A program made the position numbers and the translations under genes. Positions 12,701-22,769 of a stretch of 64,000 nucleotides of DNA are shown in pieces (positions within the stretch are counted from its first letter, which is position 1; each line of letters begins with the position of its first letter). Where the stretch lies: contig JAQGDQ010000428.1 of assembly GCA_030141605.1 (NCBI GenBank), forward strand, positions 124,001-188,000, read 5' to 3'. The notes beneath the pieces are model-generated. The model was not told where the DNA came from and did no database searches. It saw only the letters and a program-made list of their open reading frames with translations. This DNA comes from Tubiluchus corallicola. Taxonomy: Eukaryota; Animalia; Priapulida.

Positions 12701-15700
12701 AGGAGATTTTAACCAGATATTCCACATTTCTAACAGGGACGCTAGTTGAGTGCCATGTAAAATATTTTGCTCCCTTCGCTGCACCTTTTCTCCATTACTG
12801 ATATGTAACTCATAGTGGATAAACTGAAAAATAAATATTAATTAAATTGATATAAATATAACAACATTATCGAATGTTGAGCCTAAGCATTTTGCTTGAG
12901 AGATTGCAAGTGGAAGAACAAACTAACTTTGTAAAAGATTTGTCAAGGTCAGTCAAGAAACTCCAAGTACTCTTGGAAGAATTCCAAAAACAATTCCTCT
13001 TTGCAGGAACATAAGAATAACTGAGTGGTTAGTACACACAGAGTAAAAGTAAGTTAAGAACAAAGTGCAACTGCAGAAAAAGAGAACAATTTGTATGCTT
13101 AGCTTTGCTGGATGCCAGCCAGAGTGCAGCCAGGGTAATTACAGCAAAACGGCATTCTGTAGAGCATCGTTGGTGAGATTAGGATACTTACTGAAGCCTG
13201 GGATGGTCGAATGTTCAAAACAGAAGCAAATACCAGCGAAAATAAACAAGGGTATCAGGACAAAAATCCTGGACGTTGTATGCCTGGCTCAGACATGCAG
13301 ACATACTGTAAGTCCCAGGCTAATTTCAAACCAAGAATGTTTTTACACGAGTCAGCCAAACAAGATGTGCTAAGAAATGTAGCTTAAACACCTCAAACTT
13401 TGAAGAAGTGACCACATTCAAGAATAGACTGTTGAAAAGTTTGGATAACATCTGTGTGTTAAACTTGTTCTGTTTTATTTGTTAACTCTATATTGAGAAA
13501 ACACTCTGTAGTGTGGTATTTTAATCACATTTGATTAAAAATATATAAAATGTACATTCGTAAAGGTAAATATAAAGACAACAATGGCTAAGGCTCTGAA
13601 AATGTTATGATGGACACATGGTCATTAACAGTTATGTAAAATTATTTTATAAAATCACTTGTCTGACAGCTGGATTAATGTACTTTTTTATTTGAAATCT
13701 TATGCACAAAGGATTTTGTAATAGCTAAAGTGAAATTTCACATTGTGAAAAGCCGAATGTGTACTAAATCAGAGTATCAAAACATCAAGATAAGGATAGA
13801 CTTTTATATTGTATTTTGCACAAACAAACTGTGAATTTTACATTATTAAAGGAAAACAGGATGATTTTTCATAAGCTGCCCCATTTTGAAGTAAAAAGTA
13901 TACATTTTAAGACCTATGATAATTAGAAAGTATTTTCTGGTAATTAGTTAATGGGTTAAAAACTCAATTAATAGCAGGCGAGCCGAACTGATCAATTTTC
14001 AATAGCACAACCATTGCACGAGCATGTTGCATGAGTTTGTGAAATTTTAAGTCAAAATTTCAAAAATTCAAGTTTATGACTGTGCTTACGCATAAGCTCT
14101 CGAACGGAACGTATGCACTATGTCACAATCAAACATGTCAAACTGAGCAGCACCTGTTTTCTGTGCATTGCATTTCTGAGATGCAGGCACTAGTGTCCAT
14201 CTAACTTGCAAATGACAAAATACACAAAACAGTCTCCCAAATGTCTTTTCGTATGTGGACAGAACTAGCCTCCCAAATACGAAATTACATTTCTGTGGTA
14301 ATAATTCTTTCACGTAAGTCGCTCTTGAAAAAACAACAGTATATTCCCTTTCAAAACTTTTATAGGATAGATTTTTTGAGCTGTAATTTCAGATTGGGTT
14401 CGTGTTTCCTCTAATTAAAGAACAAATCACAAATGCTCAAATGAGAACTCGATTAGGTTCAAGTGCCTAATAACGACCTTGCAGCAATAAATAAGGAAGA
14501 ATTACAACCTCCCAAAGAGAAAGAAAATGACACTTGCAAAATACCTTCACATTCACTTTGAACAAAGTCAGTGTTTGCTTAATATCATTGTCAGTATGAG
14601 ATATTTGATTTCAGAAATTGGAAAATTCGAGTAGGCTGTACTACTTGATCCAATGAATCCACGATAACTTGCTCTACTCAGTATGCAAACAATTGGTGTA
14701 AAAATCATTCAAATTTTCTGCTTAACTTAACAAAGCAAAGCGTACATAACTAACTACTCAAATAGGCTCGGAGTTCTAAAATTGTTAATAACTGAGTTCA
14801 AACATGATAACTATGCTGGGTACAGTAAGTGACTTAGAACTTTGGTGCAACCATGAATGAGCATAATATTAGTTGTCAGTGAATTAGTTGCCATACTACC
14901 TAGACTTTGGCCTATAATAAAATCGAGAAGGTATCCTGGATGCTGAGTTATTGCAACAAGTGACACTATCCCCCTAGGCTCAAGGGGAAGTACAGTAAAC
15001 ATTGAATACTATGCCGCCAAAGGCGTTATAATTGTGTATTTTCAGCCACAGAATTTTTGCCAGTACAATTGGAACTTGTCTCATTTAAAAAAGTGCATTT
15101 GGCATTACTGGACATTGCCAAATAGAACCTATTCATCAGCGAAAGAGTAAAAGGATTAATTATGAACAATGCAGTCTTTATAAATTTGTTTTAATAACTA
15201 CAGGCAAAGACTCAAATTCTAATTTAAGTTTCTAACAGCAATTTTAACGATGAATTCCTGCGATTACTAACCATTTCAATAATTTTCTAATGATCTTATA
15301 ATAATTCCATTTTAATAAGCTATACCTAATCTATGGCACAGAACTTATATGTGGGTAACATAATGCTACCCTTTTGACTTTTAACTTCTACTTACTGTAT
15401 CTTACTACTTACCGTCTATGTGATCAATTGTGTAACACATTTACTATTCTTTGAATGCCAATAGGTGCAAGGCAAATTTTACTTGCAAAGTTGACAGTGC
15501 CTTGGGCACTGCTACAATAACAAACGACTAGAAATAAAAGATTAGAAGAAGTTGAAGGGGCCTCAGTAGAGGGACACAGGTACCCCTGGCTACCATTGCA
15601 GTAAATCTGTATTACTTTTTTTAAATTTCCAAATGACAAAAATTAGGTGTCATGTTTACTATCTGCTTGCATTAAAACATGTATTGATTTTCAAACTCAC

Positions 15701-18700
15701 CTATCTAGAAAACTCCAAACTCTGATATGCCACCCAACAAAGTCAAATATCACCTTACCAATGGGAAATCAATATTAACCTTATTACTACAGTAAACTGT
15801 GACTATTTGTTTGACACAGAAATACATGTACCAACCAAGATGAACTGCGACCCATTACTGAAAGCTCGAATATTCCTGCTGGCATTCAGTACAAAGCATC
15901 TGTATATCTTGTATCATTTTGAAGATATGGAACACTGTTTAAAAAGTAACCTTTGACTTGAAGTTGAACCGATGGAGTATATAACCAAATCATTAAAAAG
16001 AAACTTCTTAGAATACTTGAAAATTGTTAGCCTTGTAGGCTACAGTGCAATTGGCATGCTGACATACAGACATGTCAACAGATCAGCCAGATTTCCTACA
16101 GTTGCTGCTTCCAAGGGCAGCTGCGACTAAGTTGAATCAGGAATAACTGAATGGTCTTTATCCATCCATTAAGCTAGAAAATGCTACATTTACTTTTTGC
16201 ACAGAATCCTTCGACCAACCTTCAGAATCAGCGAAAAATATGTCAATATGGAGCTGCATCAGCTGCTGGCATTATTTCAAATTCAATAAATTTCCCTTAG
16301 GAAAGCTACAAAGCTGCCGAAAAACAAATTTAGAAAAGAGGAAGACATATGTCAATTCAGGGAGCAACAAACCAGTGAGTGTGGGATGTACACCAATGAT
16401 TACAGGGTTGTTTACATAATTTAAATGCTAAGAATTTTTCAGCCGTTAACCTCTACAGCATTTACATGAATCATCAGCACCTACATTATCATTTACCAAC
16501 AACAATAATTACAACAGTTGGCACAGTCATCGTCATCTTACTATAACCTACATAATGATGCTAAACAAAAAGGTGCCAATGTATTATAATCATTGTCATT
16601 ATTACTACATTAGTGGAGGTTGCTTAAAAAGTCAAGCTAAAGAAGAATAACAAAGTTTATTTGGGCAACATGGACAATAAGTGCTTAAGCCATTCAAACT
16701 ATAGTCAGATTTCACTCATTCAAAAGCAGAGTAGTTGAAAACTTGCACGCTCGTTAAGTAAACACTACAAAAACCTTCAGCTGCACCATTTTAAGTGGTC
16801 TAAGTTTTATTTTTAGCATCTAGGTTCAGAAAAATAAAGCACTAATGGAAACACACTAGAAAAGATATTTTACTATCATCAGTAATATTCCAAGGTCAAT
16901 CCAAAAGGTTGCAGTGTAAACATATCTTTACAGAAACTGTTTTTGTTTGTCAGTCTATCAGGAAACTGCATAAAATGAATTACATGTATACAAGAGAAAA
17001 TGATGAAGCCAGGATTTTGAATTGAGTAAGCTGTTAAATTAAGCAAACAAAACCCAGTTGAACTGGATTTAATAAAATTGTCTTACCCCTTCAATTTCAT
17101 CAAGATCTATATTACCATTATGGTCTTCATCTAAATGACTGTGTAGTGCGGTAATGGCCTCAAAGCCTAGAGGGTCTCTTTGACACTCCTCCGTACAGTA
17201 TGCTTCTGGTACACCTGTGCAGAGAATCAATGAGCACAATATAGAAAAAATTGCAGCAAAATCCATATCAGGGTAAGAAGTACAACAACTACGCACTTCA
17301 TCCGCATATGCACAACACTGAACTGAGGTTGTGCTAAGCTACTTAAAGGAGCACAGCTTGACAAACAAGTAAATATAAGGGTCTGGTATAATATGACTAA
17401 TCAAAGAACAAACAAATGGTGTTGACAAAAACAAAAATCTGCAATTGGGAGGTTTGTGCAGTCATATAATGATTAGTAATCATAAAGAGTGAACGACCTT
17501 TACATCATTTCAGACGTCTTTTCCGGTAATACATTTATAATGGTGGACAGTTTCTTCTTGATAATTATTACACGTTATGATTAGTCTACGTACGACGTGA
17601 CACCCAACACGTCTTATGTATTTGTCTACTAAACAAGCAAACATTTTATTTAATTACACCTAGGCACCATTTGTCTGTCTAATCTATCTTAGAAAGTTAC
17701 ATTAATCTGCAGAAATACATTGCAGTTTTGCCCGTCATCAGCAAGTCAAATCTTTAGAACAACTAGAAAAGTTAAACAAACTTTACAAGATTTACTTAAA
17801 TGTCAAGCTTCTTTGCGCACCATTTTTACAAAACAATAATACAAAGCCATCAAAACATTCATTTGAAATTAAATACAAACGGAATGTAAAACATGTTGGT
17901 AATTATGGTTACCCTTTCCCCAAAACAAACAAGTCAATATAATTTACAACCAAGGAAACTTGTTTTGCTCAAACAAAATTAATGCCAAATAAATCAATAG
18001 GTTTTATTTGCAGGTGCCTGTTTAAACTAATAAAGTATGATTAAACTAACTAACTACACATAAACTGACAAAATAAATTTAAAGATTATGTATGTATGAG
18101 ATTGTGCTGGTTTAAACATCACATAAGGTTACAACCTTCTTCCTACAGTAAATAACAGACCTCAAGATTTTGTTCTGTTCACTTGTGGAATGAGTTACTC
18201 TACTTAATAGACTTAAAATGAAGCATTAGGTCAAAAATTTTTCATTAACTACCGTTTCTGCATTATGTTTCTATATGCAGCAGATCTTAAACTGTTTGCC
18301 ACTGTTAACTTGCTACAGCCAAATGCAGTTTCATGACATTTTTACGCATTACCATTCCAATAGCAAATAGTATAGGGTAGTAAGCTGAATGTATTGCCAT
18401 TATATCTTTATAATCACTAATAATTTGTGAAAGGCAATCTTTTATATAGTTGTCAAAGTTTGTAGTAGCTTCTGCTCCATCTCTACCGTTCATCAATGAT
18501 CTACCTTGTCGTGTATTCTGTATGTTTCCTACCTTTGCTGATGAGGATGCAAATTAAAAAAAATTACCAAATTGCCAAACTGGACACTTCACATGTCACA
18601 AACTTTTCAAGTTGGATCATTTAGCTTTAAAAAAATTACCAAATTGCCAAACTGGACACTTCACATGTCACAAACTTTTCAAGTTGGATCATTTAGCTGG

Positions 18701-20844
18701 CTTTCAAATGATGTTGAAATTGATTTGTAACTTTTAAAGCAAAGACTTTAATAAAGAACATAGACTCTTTTCTAATCTTGCTGTCATGCTACTACATTAG
18801 CTACTATGCAAATGAGTGATTCACATCATTCTGATTACTCTTTTCTTAGTTTAATTCAGCAGTGACTTGTGTTCCATTGTTAGACGATGAAAGTACCCTT
18901 TAGAGCTTATTAAGTAGAATGCCAAAACGTAACACAGAGCTGATGCTTACACAGCAACATCTAATCTAAGCCTCACTTCAGCCCAACCTGTAAATGATTC
19001 CAAATTCCAAATTGTATTGTCAGTTCCAGGGGCGTATCAAGGCTTTACGACCTAGGCTGATAGTTCTATCCCACCAATCTGTTGTGAATTTACGGTTGTT
19101 TATGTAATAAGAAGATTAAACAGTTACTTGTGGTGTATTAGAATTACTATAAAGCTGTTCTGCGAAGCTATTATTAATACATGTATTTGCATAGCGCTTA
19201 TATTCAAACAGGCTATGCAACTGCTTGCTGTGTAATACCTTGCACCTGTTCGTTAAGTGGCACTTATATAAAAGCTCAGTCCAGTAAGTGCCTGTAGTGT
19301 GTTATAAAATTTGCCCTTTGCATGAATATGAAAGTATACACATTTTCCGAGGAGAATAAGAATTTTTCTAAAATGTTACGCCCCTCAAACTTTGGTGTCC
19401 TAGGCTATAGCCTAGTTAGCCTATTGGCTAATATGCACTTAGTGGGTTCTCATTGTTGATGATTTGGAATCAACTCCTTGAACCCTGAACTCTTGGCTCA
19501 CTGAAGGTCTGTTATTACATTAAGCCTCCTATATATCCTACTATTGCCAAAGATGCAGATCAGAATTTCTTACCAGAATCAACAAAAAACTCTTCATTTT
19601 TCCTACCTGCCAAAGAGTAGGCCTACAACAGTACTGATATGGCTCATATGGGCAGCTGCTTAGGCTACAGAATTAGAGTTTTTACAAAATAAATCTTATC
19701 TGTGCATTTTTTTATCAGGAAAATGTTTCTCTGTTAACTCATCAGTAGATTCATGAATGGCATCAATAAAAGAAGCCTCTCCTTTACAAAGCTAATTAGT
19801 TATGAAATGTTAGAATTCTAATTTTTCCTGGATATGTTATGCTAACACTCATTTTCAATTTCTAACAGTAGTATTTTATTAGGAACCACCACAGAACTTG
19901 CTTATGGCTTCAATAATTCAGACTAAAGGCTAGATTTAAAGGGAAACAGGATGATTTTTCAGATCTTGTCCCATATTGAAGTATGGTAAAAAATATACGA
20001 TTTGTCAAATGAAATTTAATTTTAAAATGTTTCCGCTAATTAAATATTAGCTTAGAAGCTCAATCAATGGCCAGTGAGCACATTACAACTCAACATAATT
20101 TTTAACAGTTGAAACATTTCATGAACCTGCTGCAGGTATTTGCAAGGGTATAAATTTCAATGCTCCTGTATCTGTTATAAATACAAATTTTTATGAGACT
20201 GTGTGACATATCACAACTGCATTATGTACTTTGAATCATGTACAGCACCTAATTTTGAAACACGTGTTTTCGATATGCAGGCGTTGTTATCATCTAAAAA
20301 ATTGCTAAATGCAAGCAACAGCGAAAAGTTTACAGCACGAACACAAAATCAGGCTTCCGCGGTAATAATTCTTTCACGAGTCATTCTTAAAAAGTTTATT
20401 ATTTTCCTGTGCAGCTAAGCACAGTATTTATACTACTAATAATTAGTAATTACGTACAGCCAACGAAAAGCGAGACTATGTGTCTTATGCAAAAGTTATA
20501 GTAGTTTTTAACCGAATACGTTAACTAAATACATGAGCGCAGAAACTCTACTATAGTATTAGTATTATTACTATTACTCGGTATTAACGTTACTTAAATT
20601 CAGTAGTAGTTCGACCCTTCTGTTATGCGCGTTACGTGTAATAAAGTAATATCAAAGTTACAATCATAAACAGAAAAAGAAATATACCTGATGCAACAAC
20701 TTTTTCATTGTTAGGAACAGATTTCGACAGTGGATCAAATTCCGTTATGTCACCAGCAGCCAAGCAATTTAAAAACAGCAAAACAAACAAAAATATAAAA
20801 ACAAAATTTGCGAGATAGTATTTGCGTTTCAAATGATTTGCCAT
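777..20844 (-). CDS. STIM: Stromal interaction molecule (STIM; ER Ca2+ sensor and Orai activator) with a duplicated luminal EF-SAM region, ~666 aa
   Basis: Coding exons 5'->3': 20844-20688 (signal peptide MANHLKRKYYLANFVFIFLFVLLFLNCLAAG), 17214-17087, 12823-12700, 12124-12013, 11870-11758 (EF-SAM A), 11057-10930, 9485-9374, 9174-9063, 7958-7831 (EF-SAM B), 7521-7338 (TM ILCALAFSLMVALIGFWYGF and CC1), 6873-6780, 6672-6553 (LQMWLQLTHEIE), 5959-5859 (KKKMSLLGSFRIAHMSSVDDVDQRII), 4113-3953 (LQERLTRWEQIEHLLG), 2518-2432 (acidic DSDEDD), 916-777 (stop). All junctions are GT-AG and total 2001 nt in frame. Motifs match the STIM1 EF, SAM and SOAR/CAD sequences. The last exon is the least certain. Confidence 0.95.
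3143..3833. mobile_element. Tc1/mariner-pogo (Tigger-like) MITE
   Basis: TIR CAGTAAGTCCTTGTTTAACGA versus the reverse complement of the right end, CAGTATGTCCTCGCTTAATGA; TA on both flanks (3141-3142, 3834-3835). Confidence 0.8.
4229..4696. mobile_element. Interspersed TTAA/Kolobok-like MITE family 1, copy 1
   Basis: Colinear similarity to 9687-10091 and 11206-11694 (gtcttgaaattttg, ttagca, aaatttaaa, ttttaacagt, ggtgaaccagtgatg, tatggaaag blocks). Confidence 0.65.
8058..8350 (+). mobile_element. Possible decayed tRNA-derived SINE
   Basis: A-box-like GTGGTCGAGAGGTTA followed by a weak B-box-like GGGTTCAC; more GC-rich than its flanks; no cloverleaf. Confidence 0.3.
9687..10091. mobile_element. 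Interspersed MITE family 1, copy 2
   Basis: Same blocks as copies 1 and 3; starts after TTAA. Confidence 0.65.
11206..11694. mobile_element. Interspersed MITE family 1, copy 3 (TTAA flanks)
   Basis: TTAA|AGCACAAGAAAA ... TTTTCTTCACCT|TTAA: imperfect TIR with TTAA on both sides. Lies in the intron between STIM modules A and B. Confidence 0.7.
12176..12309. repeat. Imperfect tandem duplication, ~67-bp unit x2
   Basis: ctgaaaa(a/g)ttttactcaaataa..aaattga(a/g)ttttaaatttt..cttataaaa(c/t)tggatg occurs twice. Confidence 0.85.
13850..14349. mobile_element. TTAA/Kolobok-like MITE family 2, copy 1
   Basis: Begins ttaa|aggaaaacaggatgatttttca and ends gtaataattctttcacg..tattccct; colinear with 19940-20408. 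Confidence 0.6.
18554..18698. repeat. Near-perfect tandem duplication, ~72-bp unit x2
   Basis: ttaaaaaaattaccaaattgccaaactggacacttcacatgtcacaaacttttcaagttggatcatttagct occurs twice. Confidence 0.95.
19940..20408. mobile_element. TTAA/Kolobok-like MITE family 2, copy 2
   Basis: Begins ttaa|agggaaacaggatgatttttca and contains gtaataattctttcacg near its end; colinear with 13850-14349. Confidence 0.6.
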
Positions 20845-21070
20845 CGAATAATGTCATTGATATAATAACATATTATTAACAACAACCACTAAAACCTTTT
20901 TTATCAAAATAAAATTTTTACTCGAATTCACGCAGCCACTTCTTGGAGTCTCACGTTACCCTAACGAGTACGTGTATAAACAAACTCGTCCCGTTTGCTG
21001 TCAGTTTGAGTTTATTTGAGCAACTTACTTTCTCTGAGAACTTGAGATGCTCTGTTGAGTGTTGACAAGT
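20845..21070. promoter_or_regulatory. Putative bidirectional promoter / 5' region shared by STIM and LAMTOR1
   Basis: The STIM ATG is at 20844 (minus). A plus-strand donor-like ACAA|GTAAGA at ~21068 could end a non-coding LAMTOR1 first exon, because the LAMTOR1 ATG exon is preceded by an acceptor at 22740. The segment is relatively CpG-rich. TSS positions are inferred. Confidence 0.45.
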
Positions 21071-21616
21071 AAGAAGTTACAAAAAATGGACCTGAAGAAA
21101 ATAAATTTAATTACATGACATAAATAGAATAATCAAATAACTATAGAAAATGTAGTCTAATGCGTGTTATTTTGCCTTGTTCTCCAAGAATAGTGGAAAT
21201 AGGAAAGTTACTGGTTTTGCAAAATTTGTCTCTGTCTCTAGCACAAATTAACATATAGTTTATTAAAAGTGTTATTATATTTTTATTGATCTTCATAATT
21301 TACTACTATTTACATATTTATGAAACACAGGCAACTGTTCAAATTGACATTAAGTTTCATGTTGGCCAATTATAAGCACTTAAGGGAAACAAACCCAACA
21401 GAATAAATTAAATTGTACTAAAAATAGACAAAGTGCAACAGAAACTGCAGCTAAATTATGCTAATTGCATACTGTTTCAAATATTTTAATGATAAAGAAC
21501 GTATGTGGCTGAAGTGCTGAATTATTCGAATCTATAATTATAGGTTCAAATCGAATTCAAACTGAAAAACTCATTCGAATCAAATCAGATTTGCAGGTCT
21601 CTGTTAGTCTGTTAGT

Positions 21617-22021
21617 CAGTGGTTCCCAACCTTTTGTTGATGGTGACCCCTTTGTAGAATCCTGTATCGTATTGCGACCCCACGAAGTACATAATCACAT
21701 GTTATGCTATCAAATATCATTATCGTTCACATTTATGAATTTTAACTTACTATTCAACAAATTATTGAACAATTAGTGATTGTTTCATTAGTTCATTAAT
21801 GTTCATTTCCTGGAAAATCAACCACTTATACCGCATTTAGAGCGGGAAAACTCAGTTTTACTTTCCAGAACAAAATGATGTAATGAGAGACTGAGGAAGC
21901 AAGACCTACTTCCATACTTTTCATTAAAACAGCACTTTTTTGAAAATTGTTTTTGCACTAGTCCATGACCCCCCGAAAAGTACTTCGCTACCCCAACTGA
22001 TGGCCCATATTCTTAACCACT
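21617..22021. mobile_element. hAT-Charlie-like MITE remnant
   Basis: Starts CAGTGGTTCCCAACC, has subterminal GACCCC repeats, and a degenerate AACCACT right end. Confidence 0.5.
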
Positions 22022-22769
22022 AAAGATTTGTAAACCATTGACCGTGGCAAAGTTTTCCCATCGACGAACTATAACATGCAATGGTGCCAGAGGACAGTCC
22101 AAGAAGTTGAAGAAAAAAGCTGTTCCACACAGGGTGGTACATAGAACAGAAGAAAGAAAACAATTCTAATTGTGAGCAACTGATGAGTGGAATATGCTGC
22201 CTGACAACATGTTAGTCCAATTAAGCCTACAATGCTGTCAGGTTTAAGTCTGGTCTTGACAAACATTGGAAGCACAATACTATAATAATAATATTATTGA
22301 TCCTAGACACCCTCACTGGCAATAAAATAGGACTGAAGTGTTGTGCTATATTTCATAACTGCAGTGTGGCCATGTAAAGTATACATAAATGACCCGAGAA
22401 CTTTATAAGCTATTATGCTTAATCTCTATCCTTCGATAATGATAGGGGTAACGGTAAAAAAGTGTCACCGCTTATGTTGTATATTATGGACAAATTAATT
22501 AAAATTGTGTATTGAGTATTGTACATTAGGAACGATTGTTCTTTTTTCAGAGACGTAGCTGCAAAAATTATTAATTAACTACATTTCTGAACATGTCGTG
22601 GAAAATCGGCTGAGCAGCAAAATAAAAGGGCAGAACCTAAGTGGCGAACGTTATTTTGTAACACGTGACAGATACAGCTGCAACAAAACATGTGAATGTG
22701 ATGATTGTAATTATTGATAGAAACTCATTTTGGTTTTCAGCATCGAATTAGTTTTAGAAATTGATTCGG

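Larger units (their letters stand above)
11758..17214 (-). other. STIM: STIM EF-SAM module A (4 exons, 477 nt, phase 1 to phase 1)
   Basis: CTEEC..GFEAITALHSHLDEDHNGNIDLDE / FIHYEL..LLEMWNIWLKSP / VRSWSPEEVADWLAIHVELPQY..LPR / LAMD..HRKKINLKAMDAVLFGPPR. Confidence 0.93.

Noticed and set aside
7831-17214. Two separate STIM genes, or an assembly artefact duplicating the exons
   Set aside because: There is only one TM/SOAR region. The modules are highly diverged with unrelated introns and join in frame (PPR-G|TG-PTL), which fits an old intragenic duplication.
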